From NCBI GenBank assembly GCA_045863235.1, contig BTUM01000022.1, forward strand, positions 1-64,000: DNA of 64,000 nucleotides, written 5' to 3'. This DNA comes from Candidatus Xenobia bacterium (lineage in GTDB: Bacteria > Vulcanimicrobiota > Xenobia > Xenobiales > QWHO01). Made by a program: the position numbers and the translations under genes. Of this stretch, positions 26,119 to 35,302 are shown piece by piece; position 1 is the first letter of the stretch; each line of letters starts with the position of its first letter. The notes beneath the pieces are model-generated. The model was not told the DNA's origin and made no database searches. It saw nothing but the letters and a program-made list of their open reading frames with translations.

Positions 26119-29082
26119 TCAGATGGTCTTGCAGACGCGCTGCACCTCTTCCAGCGTCACCTTGCCCTCGGCCACCTTCAGCAGCCCGTCCTGGTAGAGG
26201 GGACGGAAGCCCTGGGCCATGGCCACCTGGCGGATCTCCTCCTCGCTGGCGGCGCGGTTGACCAGGGCCCGCACCTCGGGGGTGATCTCCAGCATCTCGT
26301 ACAGGCCCAACCGGCCGCGGTGGCCCGTGTTGTGGCACTTCTGGCAGCCGGCGCCGCGAAAGACGCGGGGCTGGCGGAAGCCTTCCCGGGCCAGCAGCTC
26401 GGCCACCTCGGAGGTGGGGCGCTCCTCCACCCGGCACTCGGTGCAGATGCGCCGGGCCAGGCGCTGGGCCACTCCGCCGAGCAGGGTGGAGCCGATCAGG
26501 AACGGCTCGATGCCCATGTCGCGCAGGCGGGCGATGATGCCCACCGAGTCGTTGGTGTGGATGGTGCTCAGCAGCAAGTGTCCGGTCAGGGCCGCCTGGA
26601 CGGCGATCTGGGCCGTCTCCACGTCGCGGATCTCGCCCACCAGGATGACGTCCGGATCCTGACGCAAGAACTCGCGCAGCACGCGGGCGAAGGTGACGCG
26701 CTTCTCCTCCTCGCGGGGGGCGGTGTTGACCTGCACCTGGCAGATGCCGGGCATCTGGTACTCGATGGGATCCTCCACCGTCAACAGCTTGCGGTCGGGG
26801 CGCTGGATCTGCTTGAGGCTGGCATAGAGCGTGGTGCTCTTGCCCGAGCCGGTGGGCCCGCACACCAGGATCATCCCGTAAGGCTGCGAGAGAATGTGGT
26901 CGTAGCGGCCCCGGGTGTGGGGGGAGAAGCCCAGGTCGGCCAGCGTGAGGTTGAAAGCGCCCTTCTTGAGCAGGCGCATGACCACGCTCTCGCCGGCGGG
27001 CACGGGCACCACGCTCACGCGCAGGTCCAGCTCTTGCCCGGCCACCTTGAGCGAGATGCGGCCGCCCTGAGGGATGCGCTCCTGGGCGATGTCCATGTTG
27101 GCCATGACCTTGATGCGCTTGACCATGGCCGAGGCCTCGCGAGCCGGGAAGCTGTTGATGGGGTGCAGCACGCCGTCCACGCGATAGCGAAGCTCCGCCC
27201 CCTTCTCGTAGGTCTCCATGTGGATGTCGGAGGCGCCCGCCGAGATGGCTTCCTTGATGAGCCGATCGACCGCGTCCACGATGGGGCTGGTGATGTCCTC
27301 GGCACCGAAGGCCACGTCGGCCATCGGGTTGGCGACCTCCAGCGATTCGGTCTCCAGCTTCTTGCGCTCGAGCCACTCCAGCCAGGTTTGCCCGCCGGGG
27401 TAGCGGTAGCAGTATTCCAGGGCCAGGTCGATGAGCAGCGCGTCGGCGCGCAGCAACTGGGGACGGAACTGGCCCTGGCTGGCCAGGGAGATGTGGTCGT
27501 AGATGTGGATCTGGGTGGGATCCTTCACCGCCACCACCACCTCCTGGGGCGAGGGGCGGCCGATGCAGACGCCCTGGATCGAGCGCGAAACGGTCTCGGG
27601 CAGCACCCGGGCCACCTCGGGGTCGAGCTGAACCTGGGCCAGGTCGACGCTGGGGAGATCCACCTCGCTCACGAACTGGCCCGACTCGGGCGTGGCCCGC
27701 ACGACGGCCTCCTTCTTGTGGCTCAGCAGGATGTGCCAGGCCCCCAGCTTGCTCGCCACCATGCCAAAAAAGCCCTTCTTGCCGGGCGCGGCGGGGGCGG
27801 GCAGGCCCTCGCTGCTCTCGGTCATCGGCCCCTCGACGGGCTTGCTCAAAGCTTCGTAGATCTGGGCCACCGAAGCAGGCCGACGGCTCATCTCGGGCTC
27901 GTGCAGCCAGGCCACCACCGAGGCGAGGCGGGGGCCGAGCTGTTCGAGGCGAGGCATGTCCACGGCCCCGAACAGCCGGTCCACGGCCCGGGGCGGAGCC
28001 TGACCGGTGGTCAGGAAGTGGAGGATGGAGGCCACCGCGTAGAGGTCGTTGCCGGGGTGGCTGGGCTCGCCCAGGAGCTGCTCGGGGGCGGCGAAGTTGG
28101 GCGAGCCTTGCGAGCGGAAAGCGGTGCCGCTCTTGTCTGCCGACGATTCGCGCATGCGGGCCAGGCCAAACTCGACCAGCTTGAGCACTCCGTGGGGGGT
28201 CACCAGAACCGTTTCGGGGCGAAGGTCACGGTGGACGATGGGGGGATCTTGTCCGTGCAGATACTCGAGCACCGACAGGAACTGCTCGAGGTAGCGCTGG
28301 ATCAGCTCGGGGGGCTGGGGCCCATCGGACTTGACCACCTCGGCCAGGGTGCGGCCGGAGAACTCCTCGAGCACCAGGTAGATGCCGGTGCGGTCTTCGA
28401 TGACCTCCATCACCCGGGGCAGGTTGCGGTGCTGCAGCCGAGCGAGCAGGCGCCCCTCGCGCAGGGTCTGCATGCGGGCCTCGCGGGTGGCCGACTCGGG
28501 GTCGAGTCGCCGCAGGCGCAGGGGGGTGCCGTTCGAGCGGTCCTCGGCTTCGTAGAGGGTGGAGAAGCGGCCCAGCATCATCTGGCGGTGGACGACAAAG
28601 CGCCCGCCGACCAGCTTGGGCACCTCGACCGGCTGGGCCTCGAAGCTCTCCTGCGCGGCAGCCTCGGGGGGAGGGGCCATGCGCAGCAGGGCGGGGGTCA
28701 TCTTCTGGGCGTAGAGATGGGTGCGCTCGAGCGCCTCGATGTCAAAAGCCTGCTGGGGTTTGGAGCGATGGGCGTAGAGCAGGCCCAGCACCCGTCCTTC
28801 GTGGAGAATGGGCACGCACAGGGCGGTGTGCTCGAGGTTGCTGGGGGTGCGCACGTCGGGAGCCTTCTTCTTGCACACCGAGCGCACCAGCACCAGGTCC
28901 AGCGCCGCTCCGCTCCACACCTCGTCGGGATGCACGCCGCGCACGTCGGCCACGGCATACTCGCCGTCCCACAGCTCGTCGTGCAAGATCACGCCGCGGT
29001 CGGCTTGCAAGGTGCTGGTCATGTAGTCCAGGGCACCCTGCCACAGCTGCTTGAGGTCGGTGGCGTTGGAAAGGGTATCCAT
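26119..29082 (-). CDS. GAF-like + Ser/Thr pseudokinase + PilB/GspE assembly ATPase fusion (987 aa)
   Basis: ALCVPI...LGLLY (GAF-like); HRDLRPET/EFG/APE kinase fold; ASDIH, GPTGSGKST, VEDPIE, LRQDPDVILVGEIRD, STIHTND, CxxC...CxxC. Confidence 0.92.
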   Translation of the reverse strand: MDTLSNATDLKQLWQGALDYMTSTLQADRGVILHDELWDGEYAVADVRGVHPDEVWSGAALDLVLVRSVCKKKAPDVRTPSNLEHTALCVPILHEGRVLGLLYAHRSKPQQAFDIEALERTHLYAQKMTPALLRMAPPPEAAAQESFEAQPVEVPKLVGGRFVVHRQMMLGRFSTLYEAEDRSNGTPLRLRRLDPESATREARMQTLREGRLLARLQHRNLPRVMEVIEDRTGIYLVLEEFSGRTLAEVVKSDGPQPPELIQRYLEQFLSVLEYLHGQDPPIVHRDLRPETVLVTPHGVLKLVEFGLARMRESSADKSGTAFRSQGSPNFAAPEQLLGEPSHPGNDLYAVASILHFLTTGQAPPRAVDRLFGAVDMPRLEQLGPRLASVVAWLHEPEMSRRPASVAQIYEALSKPVEGPMTESSEGLPAPAAPGKKGFFGMVASKLGAWHILLSHKKEAVVRATPESGQFVSEVDLPSVDLAQVQLDPEVARVLPETVSRSIQGVCIGRPSPQEVVVAVKDPTQIHIYDHISLASQGQFRPQLLRADALLIDLALEYCYRYPGGQTWLEWLERKKLETESLEVANPMADVAFGAEDITSPIVDAVDRLIKEAISAGASDIHMETYEKGAELRYRVDGVLHPINSFPAREASAMVKRIKVMANMDIAQERIPQGGRISLKVAGQELDLRVSVVPVPAGESVVMRLLKKGAFNLTLADLGFSPHTRGRYDHILSQPYGMILVCGPTGSGKSTTLYASLKQIQRPDRKLLTVEDPIEYQMPGICQVQVNTAPREEEKRVTFARVLREFLRQDPDVILVGEIRDVETAQIAVQAALTGHLLLSTIHTNDSVGIIARLRDMGIEPFLIGSTLLGGVAQRLARRICTECRVEERPTSEVAELLAREGFRQPRVFRGAGCQKCHNTGHRGRLGLYEMLEITPEVRALVNRAASEEEIRQVAMAQGFRPLYQDGLLKVAEGKVTLEEVQRVCKTI

Positions 29083-29148
29083 GCTCGAGCGGTTCCCCGA
29101 AAGTCGGGGGGGAACCTTTCTGGGGGACCAGAAACTGACTTCGAGCCG

Positions 29149-31227
29149 ATGGACAGGAAGAAGCTGCGCTTCGACGAGGATTCCCCGCTGCCCGACCGCT
29201 TCGAGCTGCTCTCGGAGGTGGGTCGGGGAGGCATGAGCGTCGTCTACCGCGCTTTCGACCGCGAGCTCGAGCGGGAGGTGGCCGTCAAGCTCTTGCCCGA
29301 GGGGGCCCGGGGCGGGCCGCTCAGCGAGCGCTATCGGCGCGAGGCGCGCGAGCTGGCGCGCTTGAGGCACCCCAACGTGGTGGGGCTGCTGGGGGAAGGG
29401 GTGCACCGGGGGCGCGACTACCTGGTGCTGGAGTATGTATCGGGAGGCGACTTGCGCCGCTTCCTGCAGCGCCCCCGGCCCCGGGCCGAGCTGCTGAGGC
29501 TGTTCGAGGGGGTGAGCCGGGGACTGGCCGAGCTGCACGCACTGGGCCTGGTGCACCGGGACATCAAGCCGGAGAACGTGCTGATCGGAGCGGACGGAGA
29601 GGCCCGGCTGAGCGACCTGGGGCTGGTGCGCTCGTTGGACTCCAAGACCCACCTGACCACCGAGGGGGCGCTGGTGGGAACGATGTGCTACCTGGCACCC
29701 GAGCAGATCGTGTCGGGCGAGCTGTCGGCCGCGGCCGATCTCTATGCGCTGGGGGCCTGCCTGTATGAGGCGCTGGTCGGTGCGCCGCTGTTCGAGGGGC
29801 GCACCGAGTTCGAGATCATGCAGCACCACGTGCGCGACGAGCCGGTGGCACCGGGCGACCGGTTGAACGGTCTGGACGGGCGGCTGAACGAGCTCGTGCT
29901 TCGGCTCGTCAGCAAGGACCCGGCGCTGCGGCCGAGCGCCGAGGAGACCGCGGACATCCTGGGCGAGTGCCTGCGAACCCCCGCTCCGACCGCGCCGGAG
30001 CCGGACGCGGCCGTGGGCGCGGTCGAAGTGCGGTCGGCGGTCGAGCCGGGGCCGGTCTTGGTGGACGCGGTCGAGGCTCTGGCGGAGTCGGAGGCGGCGC
30101 CGGTCGAGCCGGGGCCGGTCGTGGTGGGCGCGGTCGAAGTGCGGTCGGCGGTCGAGCCGGGGCCGGAGTTGGTCGGCGCGGTCGAGGCTCGGGCGGAGTC
30201 GGAGGCGGCGCCGGTCGAGCCGGCGCGACGCAGCCTGGTGGCTCCGCTGGTGGCTCTCTTCGTGGTGGTCTCGCTGCTGGTCGGTTACGGAGCCACGGGG
30301 CGCTACAAGCGGCTGGCGCTCGACTCGGAGCCGCACGGGGCGGCCGTCAGCCTGGATGGCCGGCCGGTCGGGCACACGCCGGTGAGGCTAGACGGCCTGG
30401 CGCTGGGGCGCCACCAGCTACGGCTGGAGAAAGCCGGCTACATGCCCTACTCCGAGTCGGTGGAGCTGGCCGTGGGGCAGATCCACCCCCCTCGCACCAT
30501 CGCCCTGCAGCCAGCGGCTCGTCTGCCGCTGGAGCTCACTCCCTCCGACACTCAGGTGCTGGTGAACGGCAAGAGCGTCTCCCTGACCGATGGGGCCCTG
30601 GAACTGGCGCCCGGAAGCTATCGGCTGGAGCTTCGGCGGGCCGACCATCTGCCTCAGACCCGTCAGGTGAGCCTCGTTGCGGGCGACAACCCGGCCCTGG
30701 CGATCGCCTTGAAGAGCAGCCAGGAGTCGCGACTCAAGGTGCTGGCCCCGGCCGGGGCGAGGATACTGCTCGACGGCCAGCCGCTCAAATCAGAGACGGT
30801 GCGTCCGGGGAAGCACGAGCTGGTGGTGCGAAAGAGCGGCCATCGCGAGCACCGCCGGAGCCTGGAGCTCGATCCCGGGGCAGAGCTCGAGGTCAGGGTT
30901 GCTCTCGAGCCTGCCGCCCCCAGCCTGAAGGTCACCGCTCGACCCGCAGCCACGGTCTATCTCAACGGGGTCGAGCGAGGGCGGACGCCGGTCAGCCTGA
31001 CCGGGCTCACGCCGGGAGCCTGTGAGCTGAAGCTGACCGCGCCCGGCTACCAGACCGCCCGTAAGAAGCTCAACCTGAGCCCTGGAGCCACCCGCAACCT
31101 GGCCTTTCAGCTCGAGCCTCTGCCTCCCCCGGAGCCGGTGTACGAGGCTCCGGCCGGACCGGCCTGGTATCCGCCCCCGGCACAGGACCCTCCAGCCCCC
31201 GGCCCGGTGGCCACGCCCGACGAGTGA
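29149..31227 (+). CDS. Membrane Ser/Thr protein kinase with PEGA domains
   Basis: GRGGMS, VAVK, HRDIKPEN, DLG, YLAPE; one TM; SEPHGAAVSLDG..GHTP and VYLNG..RGRTP PEGA repeats. Confidence 0.92.
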   Translation: MDRKKLRFDEDSPLPDRFELLSEVGRGGMSVVYRAFDRELEREVAVKLLPEGARGGPLSERYRREARELARLRHPNVVGLLGEGVHRGRDYLVLEYVSGGDLRRFLQRPRPRAELLRLFEGVSRGLAELHALGLVHRDIKPENVLIGADGEARLSDLGLVRSLDSKTHLTTEGALVGTMCYLAPEQIVSGELSAAADLYALGACLYEALVGAPLFEGRTEFEIMQHHVRDEPVAPGDRLNGLDGRLNELVLRLVSKDPALRPSAEETADILGECLRTPAPTAPEPDAAVGAVEVRSAVEPGPVLVDAVEALAESEAAPVEPGPVVVGAVEVRSAVEPGPELVGAVEARAESEAAPVEPARRSLVAPLVALFVVVSLLVGYGATGRYKRLALDSEPHGAAVSLDGRPVGHTPVRLDGLALGRHQLRLEKAGYMPYSESVELAVGQIHPPRTIALQPAARLPLELTPSDTQVLVNGKSVSLTDGALELAPGSYRLELRRADHLPQTRQVSLVAGDNPALAIALKSSQESRLKVLAPAGARILLDGQPLKSETVRPGKHELVVRKSGHREHRRSLELDPGAELEVRVALEPAAPSLKVTARPAATVYLNGVERGRTPVSLTGLTPGACELKLTAPGYQTARKKLNLSPGATRNLAFQLEPLPPPEPVYEAPAGPAWYPPPAQDPPAPGPVATPDE
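30013..30222 (+). repeat. 111-bp in-frame duplication in the kinase juxtamembrane linker
   Basis: VGAVEVRSAVEPGP.LV.AVEA.AESEAAPVEP occurs twice. Confidence 0.9.
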
Positions 31228-31340
31228 GGCCAGAGGCAGGCTGGTGCAAAGGGGACTCCGGGGTTTCCTTCGATCCCTTGCAGGGGGAGCTCTCACTGCC
31301 CAGCTCCAGCGACCGGGAAGCAGGCCCGTCTGACGCTTCG

Positions 31341-33116
31341 CTAATGAGAATCCCACCATCCCAGCCCTTCGGGAACCTCGATCGACAGGCTCTTCTGGTC
31401 CACCCCGTGGGCCAGCAGCACCCGGTCGAGCCGCTCGTCGCTCATGGCTCGTGAAAACCATAGCAGGGCTTCCTCACGGGGGCTAGCCCCCCGCTCCAAG
31501 AGCGCCTCGATGGCGGAGATTCGCGCCTGGTCCAGGGCTGCGGAGCGCAGGGTCGTTCGCAGGGCCAGGTGGCAGAGCTGGGAGAGCACCTCGCTGGGGT
31601 CCGGCCCCTCCTCCAGCAGCGCCTCCAGGACGGACCGGTCGAGCTTCCAGTAGCTGGCGGCATGCAGGGCCGCGCTGTGTCCGTCCCGGTCGCGGGCCAG
31701 TCGGTCGGCTCCGGCCGAGAGCAAGAAGGGGACGCTGCGAGCCGCGGCTGGCGTCCCGGCGGCCAGCATCAAAGCGGTGAGCCCCGCTCCATCGGCCGCT
31801 TCCAGCCTGGCCCCAGCCCGCAGCAACTCCTCGGCCGTCTCCAACTGGCCACAGCAGACCGCCAGGGCCAGGGCGGTTCGACCCTGGTCGTCTCGAGTCT
31901 CCAGGTCGGCTCCCCGGGCGACCAGCCACCGGAGGGTGTCCCGCTGGCCCGCCACGGCCGCGGCCATCAGGGGTGTCTGGCCGGCCCAGCGCTCCTCGGG
32001 GCCCAGGCCGGCCCCGCGCTGCTCGGCGCCCAGGCCGGCCTCGCGCTGCTCGGGGCCCAGGCTGGCCCCGCGCTCCTCGGCGCCCAGGCCGGCCCCGCGC
32101 TCCTCGGGGCCCGGGCCGGCCCCGAGCAGGGCCTCCAGGATAGCCGTCCGCCCCAGAGAGGCCGCCAGCGACAGGGCCAGGGCTCCGCCCACCGGCGGAC
32201 GGGAGAGCGCCTCCAGCAGCCGCCGCACGGCAGCCAGATTGTCTCGACTGACCGCCTTGTGCAGCGCGCTGTGCCCGTTCACGTCCACCGCTTCTGGATC
32301 GGCCCCCAGCTCGAGCATACGGCTCACCAGCTCGACCTCTCCCACCGCGCCCATCAGGGGGGTTTCTCCCGCCCCGTTGCGTCCGTCCAGACGGGCCCCG
32401 TTCTCGAGCAGCCACTCCACCGCCTCGGTCCAGCCGCCACGCGCGGCCGCCAGCAGGGCCGCGCCGGTGGGCTCGGCGCCCCGCTCCACCAGCTCCTTCA
32501 TCAGGTCCATCCGGCCTTTACTGGCAGCCATTTCCAGCAGTGTGGGCCAGGTCGTGGAGCGGGCCCGCTTGACCTGAATCTCGGATCCCCCCTGGACCAG
32601 GGCCAGGACGCAGTCGCAGCAGTCGGTATCCGCGACGGCCGTCGCCCCGTCGGCCGTCGCGAGATTCGGATCAGCGCCCGCTGCGAGCAGGGCCCGCACC
32701 GCCTGGCAGTGGCCCAGGTAGGCCGCCTCCATCAGGGCGGTTCGCCCACGGGCGTCGCGGGCGTTTACCGGTGCCCCCTCTTTGACCAGCAGCTTGATGG
32801 TCTTGCTCTGATCGCCCACCGCTGCCGCCCGGAGGGCCGTCCAGCCGTCTTCGTCAGAAAAGTCGACCGGCGCTCCCGCTTCCAGCAAGCGAATCACGGC
32901 CGGGACCTGCCCCCTGCGACTTGCTTCCAGCAGCGCCTTACCCAGCTCTTCGCGCGACCAGTCCCGTTGCGCCAGGACAGCGGGCAGGTCGGACGGGATC
33001 GCTTCCACCAGCTCCAACGGGTAGCCGGCCGACTGCAGGGCGCGGCGGAGGGCGGCCGGGTCCGGCTCCGGGCCGAGCTCCTGGGCCATCTTCACCAGCC
33101 GGGCGATGCTCTTCAC
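31341..33116 (-). CDS. Ankyrin repeat protein
   Basis: Multiple GxTALxxAA...LLxxGAD repeats. Confidence 0.9.
   Translation of the reverse strand: MKSIARLVKMAQELGPEPDPAALRRALQSAGYPLELVEAIPSDLPAVLAQRDWSREELGKALLEASRRGQVPAVIRLLEAGAPVDFSDEDGWTALRAAAVGDQSKTIKLLVKEGAPVNARDARGRTALMEAAYLGHCQAVRALLAAGADPNLATADGATAVADTDCCDCVLALVQGGSEIQVKRARSTTWPTLLEMAASKGRMDLMKELVERGAEPTGAALLAAARGGWTEAVEWLLENGARLDGRNGAGETPLMGAVGEVELVSRMLELGADPEAVDVNGHSALHKAVSRDNLAAVRRLLEALSRPPVGGALALSLAASLGRTAILEALLGAGPGPEERGAGLGAEERGASLGPEQREAGLGAEQRGAGLGPEERWAGQTPLMAAAVAGQRDTLRWLVARGADLETRDDQGRTALALAVCCGQLETAEELLRAGARLEAADGAGLTALMLAAGTPAAARSVPFLLSAGADRLARDRDGHSAALHAASYWKLDRSVLEALLEEGPDPSEVLSQLCHLALRTTLRSAALDQARISAIEALLERGASPREEALLWFSRAMSDERLDRVLLAHGVDQKSLSIEVPEGLGWWDSH
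31981..32122. repeat. 27-bp in-frame tandem repeat x5 inserted in an ankyrin repeat
   Basis: G(P/A)E(E/Q)RGAGL units. Confidence 0.88.
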
Positions 33117-33245
33117 TGGCTCATGGTAGCACGATTGAAGGGTCCGCGCAGGCAGCCGCCAGAGACGATGTGCCGGAGGAAGCCCGACCGCCCGGCACCG
33201 TCGAAGGCCCGGTAGCTACCCGCGTCGCGCAGCCGGACGACCTTC

Positions 33246-33968
33246 TCAGGGGTGCCTGGGGCTCGGCTCGCAGGAATCGGCCCACGCGAGAAAGACCTCG
33301 AGCCTGATGCCCTCCCCCGTGGGGTCTGGGATCGCGGCCACGGAGTATCCCCCTTCGGCCAGGAGATCGAGCCAGGTCTGGCGGGGGAACAGCCCCACCT
33401 GGTGGCGGTCGACCACCGTGCGCAGCTCCCCGTTCTCTTTCATGACGAGGATGTAGTCACAGTCCACTACGGTGTCGTCGGGATCCGGATCGTGGGTCCA
33501 CTCCAAGTAGCGGATCTGACGCTCGGGGCCGTCTTCGCCCCCATGATCGGTGCTGGGCCGGAAGTTCTCCTTGAGATGGTCCGGAGCCACCACGATCCGC
33601 CTGGCGTGGCGCTTGGCGGTCGTCAGGGCTTTCCGCAGATCCTCCAGGGTCGTCATATACATAATGGCGTCGTGAATCAGCACCGCGTCGAACTCGCGCC
33701 CCAGATCCAGCGTGCGCATATCCCCCACTACGTGCTCGCACTCGGGGTTCTGGGCCAAACTCATGGCCAGCATCCGGGGGCTGAGGTCGGCCAGGGTCAG
33801 CTCGAACTCCCCTTTGATCCACCAGGCGACATTGCCCCCCCCACATCCCAGCTCAAGCACGGTACGAGCGGGCCTCAGCAAGGTGGCCAGGAAAGCCGCC
33901 TCCTCCTCGTACTCGCTGGTGGGGGAAACCAGCTGCCACCATTCTGCCAGGTCGGAGTAGAGCATCAT
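33246..33968 (-). CDS. Class I SAM-dependent methyltransferase
   Basis: VLELGCGGG, DLSPRML, GDMRTL, FDAVLIHDAIMY. Confidence 0.9.
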   Translation of the reverse strand: MMLYSDLAEWWQLVSPTSEYEEEAAFLATLLRPARTVLELGCGGGNVAWWIKGEFELTLADLSPRMLAMSLAQNPECEHVVGDMRTLDLGREFDAVLIHDAIMYMTTLEDLRKALTTAKRHARRIVVAPDHLKENFRPSTDHGGEDGPERQIRYLEWTHDPDPDDTVVDCDYILVMKENGELRTVVDRHQVGLFPRQTWLDLLAEGGYSVAAIPDPTGEGIRLEVFLAWADSCEPSPRHP

Positions 33969-34377
33969 CGATCGGGCAAGTCGCCAATCTGCATCAGGGG
34001 ATGCGCACGGCGGGAGCTCCCAGGAAGGCGCTCAGCTGGTTTCGCAAGGCCCAACTCGCGCAGCCTTCGGGTCTGATCCACGACCCCGTTCGGAATCCAT
34101 CGGCTCTCCGGTATCAGGAAGGTCGCTCCCACGCCGTAACCTGAGGGACATGACCTCAATTTCGGGCGCCGCGCTGGAATCTCCCCTTTCGGACTTCTTC
34201 GACCTGCCCAGGCCCGGTCGCCCTGTCCCCTCCCGGCATACGGCTCACGAAGCTGCGCAACTCTTCCTGGGTCATCAGGCCGGGTCTGGCGAGTCTTTGT
34301 GAACCACTTATGAACGATTTGTGGCTTTCTGTTCATCTTTCAGCCCTGCCCGGGACCACCCCGGGGAAGTTGCCTGT

Positions 34378-34395
34378 CCTACTCTGAGGTCACCA
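34378..34395 (+). promoter_or_regulatory. Upstream motif CCTACTCTGAGGTCACCA (-10-like TACTCT)
   Basis: Matches 17020-17037 at 15/18 positions. Confidence 0.6.
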
Positions 34396-34413
34396 ACACG
34401 ATGGAGGTGCCCG

Positions 34414-35169
34414 ATGGGAGCCAGTGCGATTGAGGGAAAAGCGGCGGCCAGCATCCAGAGCCCGAAAGTGACTCCGAAGAAAGAGCAGCAGGCTGCCGTG
34501 GCCCGGGCGGAGGCCGAGCCGAAGGACACGGTGGAGCTCTCTCGACAGGCTCAGCTGAGCCAGAATCGCACCGAGGGCCAGGGTCCCGGCTGGAAGCGCT
34601 CGGACGACAAGGTCCAGCTCGATGAGCAGCAGACTCGCGTGCTCGACGAGATGGGGGAGGAGTATACCCGCTCCACCGATGGCCAGGAGCTGCGTGTGAC
34701 CAGCGGCAAGCGTACCCCCGAGCAGACTTCCAAGCAGCTCTATGACGACATCCGCGACGGCAAGGCCGATAGCCTTTACGGCGACAAGCCCGAGTATCAG
34801 GAGCTCAAGCAGATCTATCAGAGCTCAAACGACGAGGAGGCTGTGCGCCAGCAGATGCTGGAGAAGGTGCAGCAACAGGAGAGCGAGGGCCGCTACCTGA
34901 GCAATCATCAGGTCAGCAAGTCGTTCGACATCAGCACCCGGGGGATGACCGCCGATGAAATCGAGACGGCCCGGCGTATCGCCACGGAGAAGGGTCTCAC
35001 CGTGAAGGATGAGGGGGACCACCTGCACATGGACTTCCCCGACGCTCCGGTCGAGACGTCGCCCAATTCGCCGGAGGACATCACGCGCCAGGAGCAAGAG
35101 GACCGCGATTACAACTCGACCTATCGAGGCCAGTGGCACAACTGGTGGAACGGCTATCGCAAGTGGTAG
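34414..35169 (+). CDS. Putative M15/LAS-type Zn peptidase with FlgM-like N-terminus
   Basis: GGAGG RBS; VTSGKRT, SNHQVSKSFD (H-x6-D), DHLH (HxH). Confidence 0.7.
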   Translation: MGASAIEGKAAASIQSPKVTPKKEQQAAVARAEAEPKDTVELSRQAQLSQNRTEGQGPGWKRSDDKVQLDEQQTRVLDEMGEEYTRSTDGQELRVTSGKRTPEQTSKQLYDDIRDGKADSLYGDKPEYQELKQIYQSSNDEEAVRQQMLEKVQQQESEGRYLSNHQVSKSFDISTRGMTADEIETARRIATEKGLTVKDEGDHLHMDFPDAPVETSPNSPEDITRQEQEDRDYNSTYRGQWHNWWNGYRKW

Positions 35170-35302
35170 CAACGCGCAGACGGGCACCGCTACTTCAAAC
35201 GCTCCGCTCGAAGGTATCATCGCATTGCACGGTTGTCGAAATCACGCCTCCCTTGTGGCTGGGGCGTTCCGCGCCCTTGTTGCTGAGGCGTTCCGCGCCG
35301 CC

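Noticed and set aside
26320..29148. N-terminal extension of the 1635-aa ORF, and the matching extension of the 1418-aa minus ORF
   Set aside because: Antisense shadows of the two divergent genes; real starts are 29149 and 29082
33969..34300. Small gene, pseudogene or ncRNA in the intergenic gap
   Set aside because: Only a 39-codon minus ORF (MTQEELRSF...) with no recognisable motif; no clear RNA fold
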